42,873 nucleotides of DNA from Candidatus Eiseniibacteriota bacterium (GTDB lineage: Bacteria; Joyebacterota; Joyebacteria; Joyebacterales; Joyebacteraceae), in contig JBDRFG010000112.1 of assembly GCA_043819135.1 (NCBI GenBank), positions 1 to 42,873 on the forward strand, read 5' to 3'. The position numbers and the translations under genes are program-made. Below are positions 1 to 11,535 of this stretch, piece after piece; within the stretch, counting starts at the first letter, position 1, and each line of letters begins with the position of its first letter. The notes beneath the pieces are model-generated. The model was not told the origin of the DNA and made no database searches. It worked only from the letters and a program-made list of their open reading frames with translations.

Positions 1-230
1 GTCCCGGCAAGGGTGAAAAGGTGAGGTAAGAGCTCACCAGTGCTCCCGGTGACGGGAGCAGCTAGGTAAACCCCACCCGGAGCGAGACCGAATAGGAGAG
101 GAGAAGCTGCCCGCTTCGCTACAACTCTCGGGTAGGTCGCATGAGGCGCCTGGTAACCGGCGTCCCAGATGAATGATCGCCACGGAGGGAAGATCCTCCG
201 ACAGAACTCGGCTTACGGTCTGCTCCGTCT
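1..230 (+). ncRNA. rnpB: RNase P RNA, bacterial type A (3' portion; 5' end lies outside the window)
   Basis: Conserved rnpB motifs GGGTGAAAAGGTGAGGTAAGAGCTCACC, GGTAAACCCCACCCGGAGC, GGGTAGGTCGC, AGATGAATGAT and terminal ACAGAACTCGGCTTA (201-215). The 3' end is approximate. Confidence 0.96.
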
Positions 231-345
231 CTGTTGTTTCCTCCGGTCCTAAGCGCACCCGTCGCGGACGCGCCCCACGGTTGGGGCGGCCGCCGGGGTA
301 GCGATCGGCGACACGTGCAGTTCCCCCGTGGAACAGGAGAGATGC

Positions 346-2052
346 TTGAAGCGCCGATGGATTCTCCCGGACGAGGAACAGCAGGCTAGGGCGGTCGCGC
401 TCGCGGGTGAGATGGGCGTGCCCCGGGCCTTCGCGGCCGTGCTCGTCAGGCATGGAGTGCCAACCTCCGAGGCCGCGAACGCGTTTCTCTATCCAGACCG
501 CGAGGTTCTTCACGACCCCCTCCTGCTGCCGGATATCGAGCCCGCCCTGGATCGTCTGCGCCTCGCCGTCGACGAGCGGCAGAAGGTCTTCGTGTGCGGC
601 GACTACGATGTCGATGGCATAACCTCGGTCGTCGTGGTCAAGCGATGTCTGGAGGCCGCCGGCCTCGACGTCGGATTCTACATCCCGAACAGATTGACAG
701 ACGGGTACGGGCTTTCCGAGAGCGGCGTGCGCGTGGCGCGCGACAGCGGGGTCAAGCTGATCGTGACCGTGGACAGCGGTGTGACGGGTCACAACGAGAT
801 CGACCTCGCGCGCAGTTTCGGCATCGACGTGATCGTCACCGACCATCACGAGCCGCAGGAGACGTTGCCGGACGCGCTGGCCGTGGTTGACCCGAAGCGG
901 AAGGACTCAAAATATCCCTACCCGAACCTGGCGGGCGTCGGTGTCGCATACAAGGTGATGGAGGCGCTCGCGCGCGACTACCGCGGCGTAGCCCATTCGA
1001 TCGAGGAGAACCTCGACCTGGTCGCCGTCGGGACCGTGGCGGACATCGTTCCGCTCGACTCGGAGAACCGCATTCTGACTACGCTGGGGCTCGAGCGGCT
1101 TCGCGTGACGTCCAACCCAGGGCTAAGGGCGCTCATGGAAGTGGCGGGCGTGGAGCCGGCGCGGGTTCAGGCACAGCACATCGGGTTCGCCCTGGGTCCG
1201 AGGCTCAATGCGGCTGGGCGGCTCGGTGATGCGAGCATCGGCGTCGAACTCCTCACGACGGACGACGAGGCCAAGGCGGCCGAGATCGCGAAGCAGCTGG
1301 ATCTCGAGAACAAGAAGCGGAGGAGTCTCGAGACGGACGTGCTTCAGGACGCCACCAGGATCATCGAGGAGTCGGTCGACCTGTCGAACACGCGGTCGAT
1401 CGTGCTCTGGTCGTCCGGCTGGCACCCCGGCGTCATAGGAATAGTCGCTTCCAGGATCGCCAAGCTGCACAACCGGCCGACCATCCTGCTCGCCGTGTCG
1501 GATGGGGTCGGGAAAGGGTCGGGGCGGAGCATTCCGGGCTTCGACCTGCACTCCGCCCTGGTCGGGTGCAAGGACTTCCTGACGAGCTTCGGCGGCCATC
1601 GGCACGCCGCCGGCGTGTCCCTGCCGGAGGAACGGCTGCCGGAGTTCCGTGAGTGCGTCGAGAGAGCCGTGTCATGCACTCTGACGGCGGAGGACCTGGT
1701 TCCCGTCATCGACATCGACTCTATCGTCACTCTCGACGAGTGTGACTTCGGCCTCGTCAAGCACATGAAGCAGATGCGGCCGTTCGGTGCGGGCAACCCC
1801 GAGCCCGTCTTCGGAACTCGCAACGTCAAGCTGATCGCCGCCAAGTCGGTCGGCAACGGCCACCTCAAGCTGACCGTCGCGCAGGGCGATCGCGTCATGG
1901 ACGCCATCGGTTTTGGAATGGCCGGTTCTCTCGACGAACTCAGGAGCGGCGGTGGAATGGTCGCCCTGGCATACGTGCTCGAAGAAAACACATGGAGAGG
2001 GGTCACCGACCTGCAGCTGAGGCTCAAGGACGTCCAGCCCGAGGGCTACTAG
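346..2052 (+). CDS. recJ: Single-stranded-DNA-specific exonuclease RecJ (DHH/DHHA1)
   Basis: Motifs GDYDVDG, IPNR..DGYGL, TVDSG, TDHH, GTVADIVPL, GPRLNAAGRL, GSGRS, GGH. TTG at 346 preferred (AGGAGA RBS at 335-340, N-terminus MKRRW); ORF track starts at 328. Confidence 0.95.
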   Translation: MKRRWILPDEEQQARAVALAGEMGVPRAFAAVLVRHGVPTSEAANAFLYPDREVLHDPLLLPDIEPALDRLRLAVDERQKVFVCGDYDVDGITSVVVVKRCLEAAGLDVGFYIPNRLTDGYGLSESGVRVARDSGVKLIVTVDSGVTGHNEIDLARSFGIDVIVTDHHEPQETLPDALAVVDPKRKDSKYPYPNLAGVGVAYKVMEALARDYRGVAHSIEENLDLVAVGTVADIVPLDSENRILTTLGLERLRVTSNPGLRALMEVAGVEPARVQAQHIGFALGPRLNAAGRLGDASIGVELLTTDDEAKAAEIAKQLDLENKKRRSLETDVLQDATRIIEESVDLSNTRSIVLWSSGWHPGVIGIVASRIAKLHNRPTILLAVSDGVGKGSGRSIPGFDLHSALVGCKDFLTSFGGHRHAAGVSLPEERLPEFRECVERAVSCTLTAEDLVPVIDIDSIVTLDECDFGLVKHMKQMRPFGAGNPEPVFGTRNVKLIAAKSVGNGHLKLTVAQGDRVMDAIGFGMAGSLDELRSGGGMVALAYVLEENTWRGVTDLQLRLKDVQPEGY

Positions 2053-2102
2053 CTGGTGGCGCGCCCGCGTCGCCGCGCAATTGTCGAGACCCGGACCAGC
2101 CC

Positions 2103-4232
2103 ATGACAGGTTCTGAATACGCAAAGCGGATCCTCGAACTGGACCCCCGGTTGGACTCCAGCCTCGTCGAACGGGTGCACGACGTCGCCTCCCGCGCGCA
2201 CGACGGGCAGACCCGCAAGTCCGGCGACCCCTTCATCATACACGCGGAAATGGTCGCGGAGATCCTCGCTCAGCTTCAGCTCGACTCCGCGACGGTCGCT
2301 GCCGGTCTTCTCCACGACGTCGTCGAAGAGAGCGAGATCGATCTCGCCACTCTCGCGTCCGAGTTCGGGGAAGAGATCGCCGAACTCGTCGACGGTGTCA
2401 CCAAGATCACGGGCCTCAAGTTCGAGAGCAAGGAGCGCGAGCAGGCCGAGAACTTTCGCAAGATGCTCCTGTCCGTCGTCAAGGACGTTCGCGTAATTCT
2501 CATAAAGCTCGCCGATCGCCTGCACAACATGCGGACCATTCAACACCTGGCGCCCGGTCAGATCGAGCGCATCTCATGCGAGACGCGCGAGATCTACGCG
2601 CCGCTCGCCGGGAGGTTCGGCATGGCGAGGATCCAACGCGAGCTCGAGGATCTCGCGTTCAAGTGGCTCGAGCCCGACGCTCACCGCAAGCTCGACTGCG
2701 CTCTCTCAGCCAGTCGCCTGGAACGAGACGCGTACATAGAGCAGATACTGCGTCCGATACGTGAGGCGCTCGAGAGCGAGGGAGTCAAAGCGAGGATCTT
2801 CGGCCGCTCGAAGCACCTTTACAGCATTCACAAGAAGATGCTGGCGCAGGACAAGACGGTCGATGAGATCTACGACCTCGTCGCGATGCGGATCATCACA
2901 TCCACTGTCGGTGAGTGCTACCGGTCACTGGGCGCGGTCCACACGCTCTACACGCCCGTGCACGACCGTATCAAGGACTTCATCGCGACACCGAAGATCA
3001 ACGGCTACCGCGCGCTTCATACGACGGTCATGGGACCCCGCGGTCAGATGGTGGAGATACAGATACGCACAGAGGAGATGCACGAACAGGCGGAGAGGGG
3101 CATCGCGGCCCACTGGACCTACAAGGAAGGGCGGCCCGCCGACGATGAACTGAGAAAGAGCCTGGCATGGGTCCGGCAGCTTCTGGAAGGGAACGTGGAC
3201 CTGACGGAGGCAGACGAGTTTCTCAAGTCGCTCAAGGTCGACCTCTACCGCGATGAGATATTCGTCTTCACGCCGAACGGTGACCTGAAGCACCTCCCGA
3301 AGGGCTCGACGCCCATAGACTTCGCCTACTCCATTCACACCGACGTCGGCAACCGCTGCGCGGGAGCGCGGGTCGACGGCCGGCTGGTCTCTCTCAAGTT
3401 CGTGCTCGTGAGCGGGTCGACCGTGGAGGTCGTCACTTCGGAGTCGGCGCACCCGAGCCGCGATTGGCTCGGTCTGGTGGTAACGTCGCGGGCGCGAAGC
3501 AAGATCCGCCACTACCTGAGGGAGCAGGCGGACGGCGAGAGCATCGTCCTGGGGCGCAGGATCATCGACAAGGAGCTCAGGAAGCTCAGCGGGGACGCCA
3601 GGGGCGTGTCGCTAGATGACGTGGCGCAGAGCTTCGGGTTCGACGGCACACAGGATCTGGCCGCCGCGGTCGGACGCGGCGACATCAGTCCGGGAGAGTT
3701 CGAGAGGAAGCTGAGACCTAGGCCGCCGAGGAGGCCCGCCATCGTAGAGCGTCTCGCGAGGAAGGTGAGACGTCCTGAGACCGGGGTCAAGATCAGGGGT
3801 ATCGGCGACATCATGCTCAGCTTCGCCAAGTGCTGCCAGCCGGTGCCGGGCGACCAGATAGTGGGCATCATTACGCGCGGTCGGGGAATCTCCGTGCACC
3901 GGGTCGGTTGCCCGAACACGTTCGGACCCACGATAGACGACGAGCATAAGATGGCCGTCGAGTGGGACGTCGGGGACGGGCAGACGTTCCCGGCGAGCTT
4001 CGTCGTCCGCGGTGACCTCACCAGCAGCTTCCTGGCGGACGTGTCGAGGGCGATCGCCGACCAGGGCGTCGAGATCATCGGAGCCTCGATGGCCACCGAG
4101 GACGGTCAGGTGGTCGCGCGCTTCAGCGTGGCCGTGGGCAACCTCCACCGTCTGAAGAAGCTTATCCGCACGCTCGGGGGCCTGAAGGGTGTCAAGGGCG
4201 TCGAGCGCCGGCGGTCCGTGCGGCGGCACTAG
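2103..4232 (+). CDS. relA: Bifunctional (p)ppGpp synthetase/hydrolase (long Rel/SpoT homologue)
   Basis: HD domain (RKSGDPFIIH, LLHDVVE, KLADRLHNMRT), synthetase (GRSKHLYSI, PKINGYRALHT, EIQIRT), TGS (VFTPNG, TPIDFAY), AKCCQPVPGD and C-terminal ACT. ATG at 2103 chosen; the upstream ORF extension overlaps recJ. Confidence 0.95.
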   Translation: MTGSEYAKRILELDPRLDSSLVERVHDVASRAHDGQTRKSGDPFIIHAEMVAEILAQLQLDSATVAAGLLHDVVEESEIDLATLASEFGEEIAELVDGVTKITGLKFESKEREQAENFRKMLLSVVKDVRVILIKLADRLHNMRTIQHLAPGQIERISCETREIYAPLAGRFGMARIQRELEDLAFKWLEPDAHRKLDCALSASRLERDAYIEQILRPIREALESEGVKARIFGRSKHLYSIHKKMLAQDKTVDEIYDLVAMRIITSTVGECYRSLGAVHTLYTPVHDRIKDFIATPKINGYRALHTTVMGPRGQMVEIQIRTEEMHEQAERGIAAHWTYKEGRPADDELRKSLAWVRQLLEGNVDLTEADEFLKSLKVDLYRDEIFVFTPNGDLKHLPKGSTPIDFAYSIHTDVGNRCAGARVDGRLVSLKFVLVSGSTVEVVTSESAHPSRDWLGLVVTSRARSKIRHYLREQADGESIVLGRRIIDKELRKLSGDARGVSLDDVAQSFGFDGTQDLAAAVGRGDISPGEFERKLRPRPPRRPAIVERLARKVRRPETGVKIRGIGDIMLSFAKCCQPVPGDQIVGIITRGRGISVHRVGCPNTFGPTIDDEHKMAVEWDVGDGQTFPASFVVRGDLTSSFLADVSRAIADQGVEIIGASMATEDGQVVARFSVAVGNLHRLKKLIRTLGGLKGVKGVERRRSVRRH

Positions 4233-4310
4233 GTGGCGGCGGCCCTCCGGGAGGGCCGGTCGCAGCAGTCGGTAGGCCCACGGTCCGGCAACCAAGGGAG
4301 GCGTGGGGCT

Positions 4311-4787
4311 TTGAGAGCAGTGCTCCAGAGAGCGGCGCGCGGGCGCGTCACGGTCGACGGGCTAACCGTCGGCAAGATCGAGCGGGGCCTCGTCGTTCTC
4401 CTGGGCGTTGCCGGGGGCGACGGCGACGACGAGGCGCGCTGGATGGCCGACAAGATCGTCGCCCTCCGCATCTTCGATGACGGCGCCGGCAAGATGAACC
4501 TGTCGGTCAAAGACGTCGGCGGCGGCGTTCTCCTGATCTCGCAGTTCACTCTGCTCGCGTCGTGCAGGAAAGGACGCAGACCGAGCTTCACGGGCGCCGC
4601 ACCACCGGAAGAGGGACGGCATCTGTACGAACGCGTCGGCGAACTCCTTCGTGAGGAGGGCCTCACCGTCGCCACAGGCCGGTTCGGTGAGCGCATGATG
4701 GTCTCGACGGACAACGAGGGCCCCGTGACCATCGTCCTGGACACCAGCGAGGGGGCCACGGCAGGCGGAGCGGGGGAGGTCTCGTGA
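4311..4787 (+). CDS. dtd: D-aminoacyl-tRNA deacylase
   Basis: (M)RAVLQR N-terminus, SQFTL, GRRPSF, NEGPVT. TTG start at 4311 with GGAGG upstream; the usual rel-dtd linkage. Confidence 0.94.
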   Translation: MRAVLQRAARGRVTVDGLTVGKIERGLVVLLGVAGGDGDDEARWMADKIVALRIFDDGAGKMNLSVKDVGGGVLLISQFTLLASCRKGRRPSFTGAAPPEEGRHLYERVGELLREEGLTVATGRFGERMMVSTDNEGPVTIVLDTSEGATAGGAGEVS

Positions 4788-5392
4788 GCTGCAGCCTGGT
4801 CGGGGGGCTGGTCACGGAGCTTCCTCTGGTCCTGGCGTCGGGCTCGCCCCGCCGCAAGCGGGTACTCGAGGGTCTCGATCTTGAGTTCGAGGTCGAACCC
4901 TCGGACATCAAAGAGGGCGAGGAACCCGGCGAAACACCCGACGAGCACGTCGTCCGGCTGGCCGGGTTGAAGGCCGCCGAGGTCGCGCGGCGACACCCCT
5001 CGGGAACCGTTCTAGGAGCCGACACCATCGTGCTTCTGGACGGCGCGCTGCTCGGCAAGCCGTCCGGGCCGCCCGACGCGGTTCGGATGCTCCGCGCGAT
5101 CAGCGGCAGGTGGCACGAGGTCCTGACGGGCCTTGCGGTCATTCGGTGCTCGGACGGAGCGACCGTACGGGGCTTCGAGCGCACGAGGGTTCTTGTCCGA
5201 GAGCTCTCCGACGGTGAAATAGACGACTACGTCGCCGGCGGCGAGCCGCTGGACAAGGCGGGCTCCTACGCGATACAAGAGTGCGGCGCGGCCGTCGTCT
5301 CCAGGGTAGAAGGGTGCTTCTATAACGTCGTGGGACTGCCCGTCGTGCGCCTGAGCCTGCTTCTGGAAGAGCTGCGCGACGCAGCGCGCTAG
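4784..5392 (+). CDS. maf: Maf-family nucleoside triphosphate pyrophosphatase
   Basis: [31 protein letters not shown] motifs; GTGA overlap with the dtd stop. Confidence 0.93.
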   Translation: MSCSLVGGLVTELPLVLASGSPRRKRVLEGLDLEFEVEPSDIKEGEEPGETPDEHVVRLAGLKAAEVARRHPSGTVLGADTIVLLDGALLGKPSGPPDAVRMLRAISGRWHEVLTGLAVIRCSDGATVRGFERTRVLVRELSDGEIDDYVAGGEPLDKAGSYAIQECGAAVVSRVEGCFYNVVGLPVVRLSLLLEELRDAAR

Positions 5393-5456
5393 AGCGCGGG
5401 GTGGGCGCTTGTTTGACCGACCGCTCGTCTAGGCGGCGGGCACCGCCGGGAGGAAC

Positions 5457-6515
5457 ATGAGAACAGGTGAGAGCGTCAAGACGATCGAGTGGCTGGGCGA
5501 CGCCGTCAGGCTGATCGACCAGACGAGACTTCCGCTGGAGCTCAAGCACAAGGAGACGCGCGACTACCGGGACATCGCCGAGAGCATCCGGAGGCTCGAA
5601 GTGCGCGGCGCTCCGGCCATAGGGGTCGCGGCCGCCATGGGAGTCGCACTGGCCGCCCTGGAGCACCGGGCGCTCGACCTCGCGGAGTTCAGAGCCGAGG
5701 TCGCATCGGCCGCGGACCTCCTCAACTCTACCAGGCCGACGGCCGTCAATCTGGGCTGGGCAGTTGGTCGAATGCTCGAGGTGCTTGGCGCTCCCGCCAT
5801 CACCGCCGCGGACGAAGCGGTCCGAAGCCTCACCGCGGAGGCGCTCGCCATCTACGAAGAAGACCGCGAGCTCTCCCGCCGGATCGGCGAACACGGGGCG
5901 GCCCTGATCGAGGACGGCGACGGCGTGCTGACCCACTGCAACGCGGGGGGCCTGGCGACCGCGGAGTACGGGACCGCGCTCGCCGTCGTATTCGCGGCCG
6001 TCGAGCAGGGCAAGAAGATCCGTGCTTTCGCGGGCGAGACGAGGCCGCTCCTTCAGGGCGCCAGGCTTACGACGTGGGAGTTTATGCAGAGGGGGATCAA
6101 CGTCACGCTTCTGTGCGACAGCGCGGCCGCCTCCGCGATGGCCAGGGGATGGGTGACGAAGGTGGTGGTCGGTGCGGACCGCATCGCGCGCAACGGCGAT
6201 GTCGCCAACAAGATAGGGACGTTTCCCCTGGCCCTGGCTGCCAGGGAGCACGGGATCCCGTTCTACGTGGCTGCGCCGTTCTCCACGCTGGACCCGGCAA
6301 TCTCAAGCGGCGCCGAGATCCCGATAGAGGAGCGTGACGGCTCCGAGGTGACTGACATTCAGGGTGTGCGGATCGCGCCCCACGGCGTGTCCGTATACAA
6401 CCCCGCGTTCGATGTTACTCCGTGCCGCCTGGTGACCGCGATCGTGACTGACGCCGGCGTCTTTCGGGCCCCGTACGAGGATTCGCTCTTTCGCAGCGGG
6501 CGGGTTGACGCTTGA
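5457..6515 (+). CDS. mtnA: S-methyl-5-thioribose-1-phosphate isomerase
   Basis: VRGAPAIG, RPTAVNL, LTHCNAG.LAT, ETRPLLQGARLT, GADRI, NKIGT, NPAFDVTP; GGAGGA RBS. Confidence 0.94.
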   Translation: MRTGESVKTIEWLGDAVRLIDQTRLPLELKHKETRDYRDIAESIRRLEVRGAPAIGVAAAMGVALAALEHRALDLAEFRAEVASAADLLNSTRPTAVNLGWAVGRMLEVLGAPAITAADEAVRSLTAEALAIYEEDRELSRRIGEHGAALIEDGDGVLTHCNAGGLATAEYGTALAVVFAAVEQGKKIRAFAGETRPLLQGARLTTWEFMQRGINVTLLCDSAAASAMARGWVTKVVVGADRIARNGDVANKIGTFPLALAAREHGIPFYVAAPFSTLDPAISSGAEIPIEERDGSEVTDIQGVRIAPHGVSVYNPAFDVTPCRLVTAIVTDAGVFRAPYEDSLFRSGRVDA

Positions 6516-6540
6516 CAGCCCCGCCTCACATCGCTAGACT
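6512..6540 (+). promoter_or_regulatory. sigma70-type promoter for the rplM operon
   Basis: TTGACA (6512-6517), 17 bp spacer, TAGACT (6535-6540), upstream of rplM. Confidence 0.8.
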
Positions 6541-6651
6541 TACAGTTTCGTGTTACTGGAAAGCGCGGCAGGATCCGGCGCAAGGGCGCACTTGCGCCCG
6601 ATGTGGCTCATGCCCCCGAGTCCGGGAATAGAGAGGCTAGAGGAGATTCCG

Positions 6652-7080
6652 ATGTCGACACACATTACAAGACTCCCAGAGATCGAGAGGCGTCACTACG
6701 TCGTGGACGCCGACGGGAAGGTGCTCGGGCGGCTGGCGACCAGGGTAGCGTCGATCCTGCGGGGGAAGGGCAAGCCCATGTTCTCGCCGCACCTCGACAC
6801 GGGCGACTTCGTCATCATCGTCAACGCCGAGAAGATCAAGCTGACGGGCGATAAGCTCGACCAGAGAACGTACTTCAGCCACAGCGGGCACCCCGGGGCG
6901 GGGAAGTACGTGACCGTCAGGAAGATGATGGAGAAGAGGCCGAACGAGGTCGTGAGGCGGGCGGTGAAGGGAATGCTCCCGAAGAATACACTAGGACGCA
7001 AGATGCTGAAGAAGCTCAAGGTCTACGCCGGTCCGGACCATCCGCATCAGGCCCAGTGCCCTGAGCCTCTGGAGTTCTAA
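6652..7080 (+). CDS. rplM: 50S ribosomal protein L13
   Basis: [51 protein letters not shown] at 6652 after AGGAG. Confidence 0.98.
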   Translation: MSTHITRLPEIERRHYVVDADGKVLGRLATRVASILRGKGKPMFSPHLDTGDFVIIVNAEKIKLTGDKLDQRTYFSHSGHPGAGKYVTVRKMMEKRPNEVVRRAVKGMLPKNTLGRKMLKKLKVYAGPDHPHQAQCPEPLEF

Positions 7081-7124
7081 GGCAGCACGGGCCGTTCGAC
7101 GGCCCGCTTGAAAGGAGTGTGTGA

Positions 7125-7514
7125 ATGACGAACACGTACCAGGCGGTCGGCAGAAGGAAGGAATCGATCGCCAGGGTCAGGCTAGTGCCCGGCACGGGGA
7201 ACAGGACGGTCAACGGTGCGTCGATCGACACCTACTTCCCGCGCTCTACGGTGGTCGACGGCGTCCTGAAGCCGTTCGAGCTGACGTCGACGGCCGACCG
7301 CTACGACGTGAAGGCAAGCGTGAGAGGCGGGGGCGCCAGCGGGCAGGCGGGGGCCGTGCGGTTGGGTATCGCCCGGGCGCTCGTCAAGGTGGATGAGAGC
7401 TACAGGAAGCCTCTGAAGCAGGCCGGGCTTCTGACCAGGGATCCGAGGATGAAGGAGCGGAAGAAGCCGGGTCAGAAGGGCGCGCGGAAGAAGTTCCAGT
7501 TCTCGAAGAGGTAG
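7125..7514 (+). CDS. rpsI: 30S ribosomal protein S9
   Basis: [48 protein letters not shown]. Confidence 0.98.
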   Translation: MTNTYQAVGRRKESIARVRLVPGTGNRTVNGASIDTYFPRSTVVDGVLKPFELTSTADRYDVKASVRGGGASGQAGAVRLGIARALVKVDESYRKPLKQAGLLTRDPRMKERKKPGQKGARKKFQFSKR

Positions 7515-7555
7515 CAGCGGTGTAACCCACCTCCAGGCAGACCGGACGTGGGAAT

Positions 7556-7646
7556 CTCACACGCGGTCGGACCGGCACGGGGGTCCGCAGGCGCGAAGGA
7601 CGTCGCCTGTGGCCCGGGTCGGGTTGAACGCCGCGGAGGAACAACC
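7556..7646 (+). ncRNA. t44 / rpsB (S2) autoregulatory leader RNA
   Basis: CACACGCGG...GGGG...CCGCGGAGGAACAACC architecture matches the t44 pattern (CACACG...GGAGG-AACC), with pairing ends (CGCGG/CCGCG), directly upstream of rpsB. Confidence 0.75.
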
Positions 7647-7670
7647 TGTTGACGGAGGTAGAAGCCCAAG

Positions 7671-8435
7671 ATGCCTAAGGCCGATCTGCAGACACTGCTT
7701 GAGGCTGGTGTCCACTTCGGACATCAGACCCACCGATGGAATCCCAAGATGAAGCCCTTCATCTTCATGAAACGCAACGGGATTCACATCATCGATCTAG
7801 CCAAGACACTGACCTGCCTGGAGAAGGCTCGCGACGCGATCGCCGAGACGGTGAGGCGCGGCGAGTCCATCCTGTTCGTATGCACGAAGAAACAGGGCAG
7901 GAGTATCGTTCAGGAGGAAGCTGTTCGGTGCGGCATGATGTTCGTCTCCGAGCGCTGGCTCGGTGGCACCCTCACCAATCTGCGAACCATACGCCAGAGT
8001 ATCAAGCGCCTCAAGGACACCGAGCGCATGGCCGAGGACGGCACCTACGAGCTCATCTCGAAGAAGGAAATCCTTCAGCTCGAGAGAGACAAGGCCAAGC
8101 TCATCAAGGTCCTCGACGGGATCCGGCAAATGGACAGGATCCCGGGTATGATCTTCATCCTGGACACTCGCAAGGAGAAGATCGCTCAGAGCGAGGCGAA
8201 CAAACTCAGGATCCCCATCGTCGGAATCTGCGACACGAACTCCGATCCCGAGAAGATCGAGTTCCCGATTCCCGGCAACGACGACGCGATCCGGTCGATC
8301 AAGTTCTTCGCGTCGTTCGTCGCGGACACCGTGCTCGAGGCCAAGACCACATCCCTCGAGGGTGGAGACCCCGTCGAGCCCGCCACCGTGGCGAGCGGGA
8401 CGGAGAGCGGTGAGTCCGCGCCCGAGGCCCGGTAG
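7671..8435 (+). CDS. rpsB: 30S ribosomal protein S2
   Basis: [50 protein letters not shown]. Confidence 0.98.
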   Translation: MPKADLQTLLEAGVHFGHQTHRWNPKMKPFIFMKRNGIHIIDLAKTLTCLEKARDAIAETVRRGESILFVCTKKQGRSIVQEEAVRCGMMFVSERWLGGTLTNLRTIRQSIKRLKDTERMAEDGTYELISKKEILQLERDKAKLIKVLDGIRQMDRIPGMIFILDTRKEKIAQSEANKLRIPIVGICDTNSDPEKIEFPIPGNDDAIRSIKFFASFVADTVLEAKTTSLEGGDPVEPATVASGTESGESAPEAR

Positions 8436-8491
8436 CCGACGTCGTGGCGTCCGTCGCACAGCATCGTTTCATAATCCACTTGGAGAACAGA

Positions 8492-9113
<622 letters not shown>

Positions 9114-9133
<20 letters not shown>

Positions 9134-9833
9134 ACGCGTCGTTCTGAAGGTGAGCGGGGAGTCCCTGCTCGGCGAGGGGGGCACGCCGGTGTCCCGCGAG
9201 GCGGCCGAGCGTCTGGCGACCGAGATCAAGGCTGCCGTGGACGCCGGTGCGGAAGTGGGTGTCGTTATCGGAGGTGGCAACATCATGCGAGGGATCGCGG
9301 CCGCCGCAGGAGGGGCCGACCGCGTCGCTTCCGACTTCGCCGGAATGGCCGCGACACTGGTGAACGGGCTGGTGCTCAAGGGAGCGCTCGAGTCGCTCGG
9401 TCAGAAGGCCGTGCTCATGAGTGCGATCCCGTGCGGCAGGATCGCGGAACCGTTCGACCACGGAGTGGCAGATCTCCATCTTTCGGGTGGCGCCGTCGTT
9501 CTGTTCGGCGCCGGCACGGGCAACCCGTTCTTCAGCACCGACACCGCAGCCGTTCTGCGCGCGGCCGAGATCGGAGCCGACGCGCTCCTCAAGGCCACGC
9601 AGGCCGACGGCGTCTACGACTCGGACCCCGCCACGAACCCTGACGCGGTCCGGTTCACAAGCGTGACTTATCAGGAGATGCTCGAGAAGCGGCTCACGGT
9701 CATGGACATGACCGCCGTTTCGTTGGCCAGGGAGCACGATATGCCCCTGGTCGTGTTCGCTCTCGCGGTGCCGGGCAACATCGCGAGGGCGGTCGCGGGC
9801 GAGCCGGTGGGAACAACCGTCAAGGGAGGATAG
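9114..9833 (+). CDS. pyrH: UMP kinase
   Basis: VLKVSGE, VIGGGN, GTGNPFFSTD, DGVYDSDP, VMD; tsf-pyrH-frr synteny. Confidence 0.95.
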
Positions 9834-9836
9834 TCG

Positions 9837-10394
9837 ATGGACCAGATCTTCGCTGATGCCGGAAACAGGATGGAGAAGGCCGTCGAGGCAGTCAGAAGAG
9901 AGTTCGCGAAGATCAGAACGGGGAAGGCGACCGTGTCGCTGCTGGATGGAGTCAAGGTCGAGTACTACGGGAGCTCGGCTCCCCTGAGACAGGTGGCGAA
10001 CATCAGTGTCCCGGAGGCACGGCTTCTCGTCGTGCAGCCCTGGGACAAGAAGATCATCGGCGAGATCGAGAAGGCGATACGCGCGGCAGATCTCGGGCTG
10101 AACCCATCGAGCGACGGCAACCTCATCCGTGTGCCCATCCCGGCTCTGACCGAAGAGAGGCGGAAGGAGATGGTCCGCTACGTGCACAAGCTCGCCGAGG
10201 AGGGACGCGTCGCGGTCCGGAACGTTCGTCGGGACGTCAATGAGTCTCTCAAACAGAAGCACAAGGACGGGGATATCTCCGAGGACGACTTCCACCGCGC
10301 CCGCGACAAGACCGTTCAGGACATGACGGACGAGCATATTCACGAGATCGACCATGTCCTGGCCGCGAAGGAAACGGAGCTGATGGAGGTCTGA
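9837..10394 (+). CDS. frr: Ribosome recycling factor
   Basis: IRTGKA, V.YYG, LGLNP, LTEERRKE, VRNVRR, KE.ELM. Confidence 0.97.
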   Translation: MDQIFADAGNRMEKAVEAVRREFAKIRTGKATVSLLDGVKVEYYGSSAPLRQVANISVPEARLLVVQPWDKKIIGEIEKAIRAADLGLNPSSDGNLIRVPIPALTEERRKEMVRYVHKLAEEGRVAVRNVRRDVNESLKQKHKDGDISEDDFHRARDKTVQDMTDEHIHEIDHVLAAKETELMEV

Positions 10395-10480
10395 CGGGAG
10401 CGCGCCACGCGCGACCGGTCGGGCCGAATGAGCGAAATGGCAACAGCGTCAGCAGAGAATTCTTCATCAGGAGGTGGCAA

Positions 10481-10654
10481 GTGGCTTACGTGATCACCGA
10501 CGCCTGCACAGCGTGTGGCGCGTGCGCCAGCGCGTGTCCGGTCGAGGCGATCTCCGAGGGCGAAGATACGTACGTCATCGACCCGGAAGCCTGCACGGAC
10601 TGTGGCCTGTGCGCCGACGAGTGCCCGTTCGATGCCATCGAGCCGGGCGAGTAG
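10481..10654 (+). CDS. 2[4Fe-4S] clostridial-type ferredoxin, 57 aa (absent from the ORF track)
   Basis: GTG start after AGGAGGT; translates MAYVITDACTACGACASACPVEAISEGEDTYVIDPEACTDCGLCADECPFDAIEPGE*, with two CxxCxxCxxxCP motifs. Confidence 0.95.
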   Translation: MAYVITDACTACGACASACPVEAISEGEDTYVIDPEACTDCGLCADECPFDAIEPGE

Positions 10655-10749
10655 GGCGCGGGTCCCGCACGAGGCGACCATTTGCGGGCGGCTGGCGATG
10701 GTCGGCCGCCCCCGCGTTTGCCCCACACTGAACGTTCGCAGAGGCTACT

Positions 10750-11532
<783 letters not shown>

Positions 11533-11535
11533 AGC

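Noticed and set aside
34..327. Minus-strand ORF 34..849 over the start of the window
   Set aside because: Antisense to rnpB and recJ; no coding signature.
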